The translations under genes and the position numbers were made by a program. A stretch of 63,998 bases of DNA, counting the filler, from Streblomastix strix (lineage: Eukaryota): the NCBI GenBank assembly GCA_008636045.1. It is 3 parts of 3 records of this genome, joined end to end, with 100 filler letters (N's around TTAATTAATTAA, not from the genome) between each part and the next. Parts side by side here need not be neighbours in the genome. Positions count along the whole stretch, not along the records: positions 1 to 21,307 come from SNRW01000379.1; positions 21,408 to 42,702 come from SNRW01000380.1; 1 more part is not named here. One strand, written 5' to 3'. The notes below the pieces were generated by a model. It was not told the origin of the DNA. It did not search any database and was given only the letters and a program-made list of their open reading frames with translations. Of the stretch, positions 12,794-24,159 are shown one piece after another; position 1 is the stretch's first letter; each line of letters starts with the position of its first letter.

Positions 12794-14374
12794 ATGACAG
12801 TATATATTGACAAAGCATTACTTGATGCAGCTGGATTAACGGATTTTCCCGAATTGTATGCATATATTAGAGAAAGAGATTCTTAACCTCCTGTTGGAGA
12901 AGCATCACCAGTTCCTATTGGCGAATAAACATTACAAAAATAAGTGAAAGATAATGATGATGCACTCGCTGGACCAATTGATCCGGTACAACCACCAACT
13001 ATAGAAGCTATGCATTATGAGACATTTGGTTTTATACTATTAACTCCGGGGTTATAGTTATATGATTCTTCATAAAGTACTTTTCGATTTGCTGTATAAG
13101 GTAATAAAGTCACGTTTAATCTTGGATTGAAAACAGCAACAACATTTAAAGGATATATCATGGGTGGATTTCCATACAGATTAGTTCCAACTAAACGAGA
13201 AAAACCAAGTATTATTGTTGGACATGATTGCGATCGTGGATATCATCTATAATGTTTTATAGACGATTAAGGACCATATATTTCAACATGGAGTGATGAT
13301 GCTATTCCATAAAACGTTCATATTGCATTGTCAGGAACATATTATATCGATTATGAATTGTATAAAAGAGCCACAACAGATGTAAATAATGACGGCTAAA
13401 ATGATATCATGGATGATTGGCATTAGAACTCACAAGTTGCTGAAAGATAGACAGAATCATGGGTATATGATGTCGTAAAGCAACAAACCGATTAAATTGC
13501 ATCTGGTGGTGCATAACCAGCATCAAAAACTATAAGTAATTACTTAAATAATAACACAAAATTACGAAGTCCATATCAATAATTTACGGACGATCGCGCA
13601 GCATATTTTGTTAAAGAAGGACCACAATGTACATTTAACTTCAGAACTAGAAAAATTACTCCAGCAGGAAACATTAATGTAATATTTGGAACAATTGATA
13701 AATAATTAAAAACACCATTGGATACATGGTTTCCAGTACATTCAACTATATCAGGATAATTTGTAAGTTTTGAATTAAATCAAGAGAATAAAGTAATTTT
13801 CAATTCTAATTCAGGTCTTTCGGTAGATATAGATTTTGCTGGAACGTATATTATTGCACCATAGACAGATAATGATAACTCAAATGGATTACCATCAGCT
13901 CCAGAAGAACCTGATTCGCATATAGATAAAGTGATAATTGATCAAGATACAATATTACGAGGAGGAATACCACCACCTATATCATAATATACAATTAAAA
14001 ATCGTTTTGATGATATATTACTTACTGTTTCATATATTGATACAATTGATAGAGTAAATAATTAGTTCTATGAAATATTCGATGGAGTAAATAAATACGT
14101 TGTATTCAATGTTCATCTATCAATATACAGTTTCAATGAAAAATTTATATAAATTGGTTCTTTACCAACAGATTTATTATCAGATTTTCCTGTATATTTC
14201 CCTCTCACTTGTTTGTATGAAAAAGAGAAATACTAAACAAGACCACCTGCAGGATACACCGCTATTGGCACTGAAACTAACAAATAACGATGGTATATAT
14301 ATCTATCAGATCCTCCAGTTCTTTCATAAATGATACATTACTATACTAGTGGAAGTTATTATCTTCCAGCTTGA
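12794..14374 (+). CDS. Putative fibre/receptor-binding protein with three tandem beta-rich domains (526 aa)
   Basis: Three repeats ending in SGTYYI, AGTYII and SGSYYL, separated by Pro/acidic linkers; they resemble the C-terminal domain of the upstream fibre. Confidence 0.65.
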
Positions 14375-14508
14375 TATCAATATAGTTGATGAGATACTCA
14401 CAAAGTGAGCGCTCTAAAGAGATACATATAATGATGAGGTAAGTTAAAAGCAATTAACAACAAAAGTTAGTATTTTTGTTAAACCGAAACAAGAATACTA
14501 TTAAAAAG

Positions 14509-14832
14509 ATGGCTGTCGGGATATTCTCAAAAATCAAAACTCTTGCGTAAAAAATTGGACACGGATTATAATGGGTGAATGATAAAATTGTTAAACCTTA
14601 TGTGATTCCAGCTGCAAACTTAATTGCACCAGCTCTTGGACCAGCCGGTGGAATGATTACTAAAGGAATTAGCTTAGGATCATCTACAATTGATGCATTT
14701 GGAGGTAAAGGATCAAAATAAAAAGTAAAAGAAAATTTTAATGATTTTCGTAACGATACATTTGTTAAGTAGAACTTACCTATTGAATCATTGAGTAGAA
14801 GGATAAAACTAATCGGATAAGAGAATAAGTGA
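14509..14832 (+). CDS. Small protein with an N-terminal amphipathic helix (107 aa); candidate membrane-penetration or core protein
   Basis: MAVGIFSKIKTLAQKIGHGLQWVNDKIVKP followed by a Gly/Ala/Pro-rich segment; lies directly before the capsid gene. Confidence 0.65.
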
Positions 14833-14887
14833 GCATCTGTAATCAAATTGTAATTAATCGATTATTTTTGTTGTTTCACAAATTAGC

Positions 14888-16600
14888 ATGAATCGTTTTC
14901 TATCAAAAGCCATATAAGTGCAATCGTTGAACACAATTGAAGGAGTATTGGAATCAAATGCCGTTACGCCGTTCAAAAATGATGGTGAACATCATTATTC
15001 AATTAAGGAGATTAAACCGGAAAGTTAGATGCCAGCATTATTTGATAAAGAAATTATGATAAGTTTATCAGACAGTGATCATGATATTACTCAGATATAG
15101 AATTCATTCTTATCCATAGTGATGACTGCAAATCTATTGTTTGATAACAAGTTTGAGGAATTTGATGAATCTTACAAAGATGGAGTTGTATTATTTGTAG
15201 GATTGAAGTCAGGAAGTAATATAATTCGTGAATATACAGTTTATCATCGTGGTAGAACAATTGATGGAAGCTTATAGAATGATGCAACAACTGAATCATT
15301 CATCTACAATACAATTAAACCAAAGTCTGAGAAAAATAATAGAAAACATATCCATTCATTGTATGATAACATCCATAAATTTGATACTTCAGCATGTGGA
15401 ACTTATATTACAATGAGAGAGATTGAAGAAGCAATTGCAGATTAAGGTAATGTTCCTTACAAAATGCCTGTAAGATTCAGAATATCTGTTCCATTAGATG
15501 ATTTACTTATATTCTCAGCTTTTACAGATTATCCCAATGGAATTTTTGGAGATCTTAAGATTAAATTCAAGATAAATCCAAATGCTTTCGTATTTGCGTA
15601 AGTTAATCCAACAATATCTCTTGCAAAATATTATACAATGAATAAAGATGAATTACTGAGTTCTGGATAATAAAAATTGATGGATATTGATCTATTCTTT
15701 AGAAATTGGAGCTTAACATTCTAATATACAAATCAATTTACATAGCTTGGATGTACAGCTGATTTAATAACTGGGATTAATGTAAAAAATTTAACAGAAT
15801 CAGGATTGAAAAATTTGATTTGTAATATTAATCCAGTAACAATTTCAATGATGAATTATGTTGTAACTGAAGTTACTGCAAATATGGCTGGATATAAAGC
15901 AACTGATGAATGTCTTGCAAGAGTAAGAGCATTTTATGCAACTCGTCCATTTGTAGTTCCGGCTTAAAGAGTTGAAATATGGCCATTCCCAACTAGTGCA
16001 ACACTTACTGGAATAAGAACTTCTTAAAATATTCCATTATCTCATGTTACTGATTTCTGTCTTCTATTTCCAAAAGATGCTAGAGCAACAACTTGCTTTG
16101 AAAATCCATGTTATTAAAATATGTAATTGACAACTTGTGGAAGAAACTTCCCAGATATGCCTATGAATACTACTGATTAATAATTCTTCCAATTATAATT
16201 GAATGCAAGTAATTTAGATCTGTTATTTGAAGCAACTGATGAATTTGAAGATGCATTGACAACTCCAAGAAATACTGCAACAAGAAGACTTAATCCTCAT
16301 ACTGATCTAACTTCTTTCATGATTACTTTATAATGCGAGCGTAATTCTAACGGTGCATTAACTTTTGATGGTCTTGATACAAAGAACCAAAATACTTCTG
16401 TTGAATTAAGAGGTGCTCCAATTTATCAAGGTGTTACAGATTCGTACTTTAACGTAGATACAAGTGGAAAAAGACCTCCACCTCCAATTCTGTGTACAGT
16501 TCATGATACATTCTGGCTATTTAGTCCTAATCAAGGAGGTTCATGTATTTATGATACAACTCATTCATTTGATGAGGTAATTGGAAGTGTTACTGGATGA
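14888..16600 (+). CDS. Putative double jelly-roll major capsid protein (570 aa)
   Basis: Size, beta-strand-rich pattern (FVGLKSGSNIIREYTVYHRG, FRISVPL, LKIKFKI) and position in the structural module. Fold inferred, not searched. Confidence 0.75.
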
Positions 16601-16661
16601 AAAAAATCGAAAAATATTATGAATTTTACTTATTTTTGCTATTAACGAAATAATCCTTATA

Positions 16662-17105
16662 ATGTCTTATGTACCTTCGGCAATGATTGTTGCGGAAAAT
16701 AAAAAGCATTTTATTATAACTCGTGAACAAACTTAAGTGGAATAGCATTCATTCCAAAGAAGATTACCAACAGATTTCGTGAATTCATAGAATGAAAGAA
16801 AAATAACATTTGTTTAATGTATAATACCTTGGAAAGTTAAGAAATATTTCTATGATTTGAAATTATAAAATGATCCTGACACAACACCAATTGAGCATAT
16901 AAAGATATCATTTCATTCTACGCTTGTACAAGAAGAGTAATATAATGATTATTATGTTGGAATGTGTGATGAATAAAGAACTTAAAAAGTATTTCAATAA
17001 ATGAATCGTCGACCTATGATCTACTTTTGGTTTAAGGATTAAGATGGAAATGAATTTGTTATTACTCATATGGAATTTATAATTGAATTGGAGCTAGAAT
17101 TTTGA
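16662..17105 (+). CDS. Putative minor capsid (penton, single jelly-roll) protein (147 aa)
   Basis: Follows the MCP; C-terminus IYFWFKDQDGNEF...FIIELELEF fits the Polinton penton pattern. Confidence 0.6.
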
Positions 17106-17205
17106 GCCTACCAACGTCGGCGCCAAATCGTTAACGATTCGGAAGAATTTTGGAGAATAAGTTATTTTTCATTGAAAGAAACATTGCGACACATTGTGAC
17201 TCAAT

Positions 17206-17604
17206 ATGACTCGAGTTATCTTTGATAATCGTGCTGGAAGCCGCACTCGTACTCCATTAAAGTCATCTGTTGAAACCGTTCCAGATGTATATATCATGGA
17301 AAAATTTAATCCAGATCCAATAGTTTTTGAAAATGTGAACGAGTTTAAGTAATATCTAGCATTAAATAAGGAAGAAATAGAGAAATTATCAACACTTAAG
17401 TTGAATATGTAATATAAAATAAAAGGTGGTTATAGAATCACCAGATTGAAAGGTAAGATATCATTGAGATTATGGCCTAAAGAATAAAAACTGGAAAAAT
17501 AATCTGAAACTATTGAGTAGATGTAGAATATTGATTAAAGATTGGAAAATTTAATAAATACATTGTTGAGTAAAAATATTATATCAGAAGAAGATTTGAT
17601 GTGA
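17206..17604 (+). CDS. Hypothetical element protein (132 aa)
   Basis: Code 6 ORF with TLKLNMQYKIKGGYRITRLKG and a C-terminal coiled coil. Confidence 0.75.
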
Positions 17605-17606
17605 AA

Positions 17607-18383
17607 TCATGATACGATTTCTATCGTAGTTCCATCTTCATTATACTTAACCAATAATGCTTCTCTTTTTGGAAGTTATACATATTATTGCCAAAGATCT
17701 TCTTTATCAATTGGAATTGATGATTAATAAAAGAATAAATTGAATTTTTACCTATTAAATGCACCGAAGAAATATATTGAATCAACATTTGATTTAATTG
17801 CTGCATCAAGCCCAATAATATCTTGCAAACAAAGAAAATAAGTAATTCTTGGTTATCTATTTTTGAATAATTTCTTGAAAAGAGGGCTCATTTTATTTTT
17901 GAAAATTGACATTGCATCATCGAATAAAACAATAGTGTGTGGCGATTTAATTTTGAAATCTTATGCACCAACAGTTTCAAGAATTTCTTTTCGAGACGTT
18001 TCATCTAATTTATCATCAATATGTTAATCAATTACTTAATCATAGGCTTGCTTACATTCTATCAAATCATCTAATGTAGCATCTGCTTATGAATATGTTA
18101 CTATTTTTGTTGTTATTTTCATCAAATGTTTCATTTTCTTATAAATTTAGTCATTATTAGTATCAGTAACGTAGATAAATAAAGTATAGCTATGATTCTT
18201 TAGTTAACTTAACTTAATTATTTCTTTAAAGACGTTATAAGTTTTCCCACTACTACGTTATCCAATGAGAAGATTAATGGAGTTATATGTGAAATTGATT
18301 TCAGGATGAATTATAGATTAAGTATCATGTCTATTTTCATTAATATTTTCTAAAAGTGAGTTCACATGCTTAGTTAATGACAT
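17607..18383 (-). CDS. A32/FtsK-family genome-packaging ATPase (258 aa)
   Basis: Walker A LLIGQRSSGKT, Walker B HTIVLFDDA, then KNRQPRITYFLCLQ...AIKSNV. Confidence 0.9.
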
Positions 18384-18619
18384 TTCAATGTAAAATTCTT
18401 ATTGTTGAAGCACTTTGCTACTACTTTAAAGATCAAATGAATGTAAAAAATAGCTTAGTAATTCCAAAACGAATAATCTAATGAAATTAATTATTTTTAT
18501 CAGAAATGCGAAACATTTATAAAAAGTTTTTTTCAGAATTTTATTTTTTTAAAAAAATTTCACTCAAGAACTTTTTTAATTGAAAATTCATTTTAATTTT
18601 CTTCGAAAGACAACAAAAA

Positions 18620-19351
18620 ATGAAATCATCAACTTCAGATCTATCTTATACAAATAAATTTGCTAGCAATTCCATTGCCGGTCTAAAGACTATTACTTTT
18701 ATCGATAATGTTATAAAAATTAAATAAATCAATTTAGCCTATAGAAATTACATACTTTCCCGTGAAAATCTAGATGAATTAAATAAATTGATATAGACGA
18801 CTGACGTAATGAAAATTAGTATTCAAAATCTAGAATAAATTAATAAAAGAGCAACGTATCTAAGTAAAAGGGCAAATGATTATGGATATGATTATGATAA
18901 TGAATACTCAGAAAAATGTTTTAGTATTTATAACGTTATCGATCTAAATATATAACGTACAAAATTTATTTTATAAAAATTCTTAAAAATTTCTGATTCT
19001 TAAATTAAAATAATATTTGACAACAACAAAGACAAAACAATGTATTAATTGTTAACTATCTATAATGTTCCAAATGAATTGAATGAAATTAAAGGTGATT
19101 AAGATGGTTTTTACTATGAAAATGATAAATCTATCTTAGTACCAAATGATTATGCTGTTCCTAATAAAATACCTAATAAAATCTAAGATGTTGCCATAAA
19201 TCCTAATCCAAATGAACACTCACAACAGTTTCGGTATTAAATGTTAAATGATCCATTAGATAATTAAGAATTTGAATTTTAAGAAGATGAAGATGATTCT
19301 GAAGCAGATATTGATTAATATTATTCAGAAGAAGATGAATCTGATAATTGA
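18620..19351 (+). CDS. Hypothetical protein with acidic tail (243 aa)
   Basis: Code 6 ORF from ATG to TGA; last gene before the putative right terminus. Confidence 0.7.
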
Positions 19352-19464
19352 AAATCTTAGTTTCAACATTATTTTTGCTAATTTATTAGGCAATTAACAC
19401 AAAAATTTGCAGAAAACACAAGAATTCCAACAAATTTGTACTGATACCCCCCCTTTACCATCAA

Positions 19465-19597
19465 ATGCAAAGTTTTGAAATTTTGATGTCTGAGGACATG
19501 CAAAGTTTTGAAATTTTGATGTCTGAGAAATTTATGAAAGTTCATTTTTAATGCCTGAGATATGCAAAGTTTTGAATTTTTGATATCTGTGGAATTT
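19465..19597. repeat. Four ~30-36 bp direct repeats, probably subterminal repeats of the adjacent hAT-like element
   Basis: ATGCAAAGTTTTGAAATTTTGATGTCTGAG repeated with variation. Confidence 0.7.
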
Positions 19598-19848
19598 ATG
19601 GCACAATGGATTTGGAATGGAATCGAAATTTTTTAGCTCTTTTTTGAAGGAATTTGCAATAAACATGGGCGAATTAACCGATTTATATTTCAAAAGCTTC
19701 AAAATCGATGATTTACATCAAAAACATGGGAAATTTAAACTCAGCTCAGCGCCCGTGTTATCTATATAATTTTTGGTAAAAATCGGGCCATTTTGGCAAG
19801 CTTAGGCCATCATAATTTTCAACTATATAATTTGATTTGTAATTTAAA

Positions 19849-21307
19849 ATGAATCATTTTTTAATTTATGATTACCCAGGCCAAAGCCTTCCTTAAATAT
19901 CAGACGTTTAATAAAAAATTAATGAAAATAGACAAAAAGAATAAATGAGTTTGAACTACATTATTATTTATTAAAAAATATTATAAATCGTTTTAATAAT
20001 AATTTTAAAGTTTCTGCAACAGATACACCAGCATAATCGTTGCATTCGTTATAAACAAAAGATTCTACACCAGTGAATACTGCGAGTTTTTCATCAACTA
20101 ATTTAAACGCATCGTATAATGACTCTATTATTAACTATTAAACATTGGATGGAGATTAATTTGAAGGAAAGCCACATCCAAAAAAATTTCATAAAATGAA
20201 AGATTGCTTAATAATAAAATTTAGAAAGACAAATTTTACGATTCTGTAATAGAAATTAATAAATGAATATAAGACACATTCAAGAACACATTTGATGTGT
20301 TTATAATAAGAAGGGAACTTAAGATGTAACTTCGACAAAAGAAAAGGATGGATTTATTCATAAAAAAATAAAGAAAAGGTACCAAAAAATTTTGATGAAT
20401 AATTGGCAATAAAAGAAGAAGGAATAAAAGAAAAATATCTTATATTTTACCATAAATGCCGTTTCACAATTCCAATTGCTAATATAGCGTCTCCAACAGA
20501 AAATGAATTGAGAATTTTAATTGCACGATGTTTGATTTAAATGCGCACATCATATTCTTCTTCATCTATTCTCTTTAATGCATTTCATTCAGCAATGCAA
20601 TATTAATCTGATCATAATGATAAAACACCAGAATAAAACTTAAAAAATTTGGATGTAAAAGAAACTTCTGTGTTAATTATTGAAGTAGCTAGAATAATTT
20701 AATAGTAATAAATTCGTGCATTAAGGGGTTGTAGAGTAACCGTCTCTTTAGATTCAGCAACAATTCATACACATCATCTCATTGCTGTAATAATATCAAA
20801 TATCAACGATAATAATTTCCATCCAATTCTTTTTGCACTTGATAATTCTGGGACTTCAAAAGATGCAATTATGAATTTAGCAGCACGAATTATTGAAGAT
20901 TTGCATCATTTAGGGATCAGACCCGTTGCTTTCGTAACGGATGGTCTCCAAAGGCAGGTCGACGCTCTAAGTTTAGAATCTGAAATTAACTATTCTTAAT
21001 TATTAAATCAATACTTGATTGAAAATCCTAGCAGAATACAAAATCAAAAATAAATCCAATAAAAATCAGTCTCATCGATTTCATTCAGTCCAATGTTACA
21101 TAAAATATAATAGTAAAGACTTTAAAAAGGTCAATAACCATAATAGGAGTCTACTATTTTTGAATCAAAATCGAACTAAGATTATTTAACAACACCAGTA
21201 AGATAAGAACATCATATAAATAATAGTTTAATGTAAAAATCTCCAGAATCTTCTATAATTTAACAGCAACAATAACAACTTGAAGAGAATATTAAATAAT
21301 AATAAGA
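19849..21307 (+). CDS. hAT-like DDE transposase, 3' end truncated by the contig end; intron 19949-20010
   Basis: VTVSLDSATIH (first D) and PVAFVTDGLQRQ (second D). Removing the GTTTGA...AAAG intron joins the ATG exon in frame. Confidence 0.65.
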
Positions 21308-21407
21308 NNNNNNNNNNNNNNNNNNNNNNNNNNNNNNNNNNNNNNNNNNNNTTAATTAATTAANNNNNNNNNNNNNNNNNNNNNNNNNNNNNNNNNNNNN
21401 NNNNNNN
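21308..21407. other. Artificial contig linker
   Basis: N-run, TTAATTAATTAA, N-run. Confidence 0.97.
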
Positions 21408-21684
21408 CATCAACTTCTGTTTTATTATATACTTCAACCTTAGCATAAGTTTCAGATTTAGTGTAGTAATCATCAAGATCAGTTTTGTCTGCTTTCTCGT
21501 CAAATATTTCATTTGCTTCAGTTCTTGTATATATATCAGGTGCAGGTGCTTTAATTATATTATTAATTAGATTACTAAAGTTTATAAATTAATCAGTCAA
21601 ACCATCCGAGTTATTGCGAACGTTTTCGTACAAAATTTCATCGTGAATTAAGAGAATATCTAATGAGGGAAGAACTGCGTTCAT
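21408..21684 (-). CDS. N-terminal fragment of a tail-fibre-like protein, truncated by the contig edge
   Basis: LDILLIHDEILY and DDYYTKSETYAKVEVYNKTEV match the 9787-12690 protein. Confidence 0.85.
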
Positions 21685-21711
21685 TCAATTACCAAAAATA
21701 ATATAGATCAA

Positions 21712-22255
21712 TCAATGAACCTGAGATAGAAATGTCATTAATACTTTACATGCCGCAGACATTAGTTTAGACAATATATCTCCAAGATCAAGGGCATTAG
21801 TAATTTTTCTAACTTTTTATAAACATAATTTCTATGAATCACTGAGAAGATTGACTTTATCAATGTCATGAGTAAGTTTATTAATATTATTAATTATAAT
21901 ATTTCTTAATATTCAAATTCCATCATGCATAAATTTACCTCAACATCTTTCATCTTCTGTATTAAATTCAACCTAGTTTTCCACTACTTCAAATGTTTTT
22001 GCAAAAACTCTTATTAATTAATGTTCAGATAATATGAACTAGGCAGATTCTTTAATCAAATTTTCATCCTAACAAATTATATCAAGTATCCATCAACATA
22101 CTGATGGATCTGGAACAACTATTTCTTCAAACATAGAAGATCCTCTTCTTGAACGAATAGATTAAATAGAAATTTTATCAGGTTCCTATTTTTTCGAATG
22201 GAGAATTAACTTTAGCAATTGCTGGAATTATTGGTATTGAATCTCGAGGTGACAT
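21712..22255 (-). pseudogene. Disrupted homolog of the 9068-9748 gene
   Basis: Alignable throughout, but has a frameshift in an A-run near 22190 and three in-frame TGA codons. Confidence 0.8.
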
Positions 22256-22421
22256 GGGATCTTTATAAGATTTTTTTCCTGTTGGTGAAACTGACCTTTT
22301 CTACAATATTTATTATAATCAAAAATAATAGGAGTATACAAACGAATAAAATGATAAATTTATTGAAGTCTTTTGCTAATCCTTAGTTAATGTATTATAT
22401 GCACTAGCAGCAATAAGAAAC

Positions 22422-23078
22422 ATGCCAATGTTTGCAACTGCGATAATTAATTTTGAAGTTCAAACAACTATCTCGTATAATATTTAATTCATTATTCAAA
22501 AAGAAGCGTTTATGCATTGTAATAGGTATGTTTGTGATAAGAATAATTCAAAAATAACCTCACCTGCAAATGTTGGAATCTAGTATGTAAATTTCTATCC
22601 AAATGAACTATAGTAATTAGTGAACTTCGCATATAAATATAAAGACGAAAATAAGATAATGATTATGTTTACATGATATCTATTATATGAAGGCATTCAT
22701 CCGCATGAAAATGAAAATGGAAGAATGGGAAGATTATTATTCTAATAAAATATATATTAATTAATTGATACATTTGAATTTCTTTCAAATACATTACGAT
22801 ATCGTAAGTATGCGAAAAGACTAATGAATGAAATATTCTTATTCATTAATTTTGGAGAAATAATGAAGAAACGTTAGATCAAAAGTGGTGATGCTGCGAT
22901 TTATAGTGAAGAAATAAAGTAATCAGATATCAATAAATTTTATGATATAATTAATAGTAATTAGCGAATTAAATAATAATATTATATACAAAACTTAGAT
23001 GAAGATACATGTTATCTGATTACAAAACTATTGAATGTAACTATTCTTTAGAACTGCAACAAAGTTGCTAATGTTTGA
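22422..23078 (+). pseudogene. Fic/Doc-domain protein, disrupted
   Basis: YEGIHPHENENGRMGRLL at ~22686-22740 matches HPFxDGNGRxxR. In-frame TGA at 22674. Confidence 0.75.
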
Positions 23079-24159
23079 GCTTGAAACAAGTAGAACGTAT
23101 CGCAGCAGAATAGTGTTAACGTGCCCAATAACGATATAGATTACAATGTTAAACTTTCGTGCTTAAGCGAATGATTTAAAATTATTCTTGAAACGACGAC
23201 TTCAGAAAATTGTCTTAAATAATATGCAAGATTTATAACAAATTAATGAAATAATTGATCAAAATAAGATAATATAAGCAATTGAATTTGATTGATTTTG
23301 AATGAATGCTTATTTGTGCTTTCTTGAATACGTTAATTTGTAGGTTAATGTATAAGTTTATGATTGGATTAATGTGAGCTTTAATGCTATTCTATTAATG
23401 AATGAGATAATAATAATTAACTTTATGGCAGATATCCAATAATGATTAGTTCCATTTAGCCCCACTTGTCTTATAAAATTTGTTGTATTAAGTGTCAGTA
23501 TGCTAGAATTCTATAAAATTTCCCTCAATAATATAAATGTATTGATGAAATAAGTAAGCAGGATGTAGGAACAATGAAACGGAAGTTTCGTGATCTTGTT
23601 GAAATCGTCTGCCATACTGCAATAATGCTATTCCTTCAATTTGAATCTAATTCTCAATGGATAGTGAACAATCAATTTAAATTCATCTACTGTTAGATTC
23701 TAATTATGGCAGCCATTTAGAAATCATCCTTCTAATCTTGTCCTACATTCATTTTCACAAATATATTGAAGAATTCTCAAAATGCTTAGAGTCATTCAGT
23801 TTTAAATTAGATATCTAGTTGGGACAACTTTGAGAGCTGAATTTTGAAGTGTAACATAATTAATTTCATATAGCCGTCATATTTATTGAATTTTAGTCAG
23901 TTATTTACCAGCTATTGATATTTGGAACAGTTCTCAACAATTTGACAATTATGGCATATGGTTATGGCACCCTAAAAATTCCTGCGATCTTGGAAAGTTT
24001 TCACATCCCATGTTTTCGAACCACTTCTAAACACGGATAATGCTTAACATTTAACCATATCGCTATGATATATAATTTGACAAGGACGTGAATTTAGACT
24101 GAAAATTGTCCCATCATCATTTAGCCTGCCATTAATCTTTTGTTATATAAAAATATATC

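Larger units (their letters stand above)
1..19442 (+). mobile_element. Endogenous Polinton/Maverick-like virus (left terminus outside the window; putative right end ...TGTACT at 19442)
   Basis: Compact intronless cluster of pPolB, integrase, A32 ATPase, major and minor capsid candidates and fibres. All ORFs are open in code 6 and end in TGA. Confidence 0.92.

Noticed and set aside
9787..14374. Diversity-generating retroelement acting on the fibre tips
   Set aside because: No reverse transcriptase and no template/variable repeat pair with adenine-specific mismatches were seen.
730..19351. Heavily pseudogenised prophage, as suggested by the short ORF track
   Set aside because: The interruptions are all TAA/TAG and vanish under code 6. 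The gene set is Polinton-type, with no terminase or portal.
23200..24132. Decayed ORF as a divergent polymerase (DMVKC resembling motif A)
   Set aside because: No further polymerase motifs could be recovered; left unassigned.
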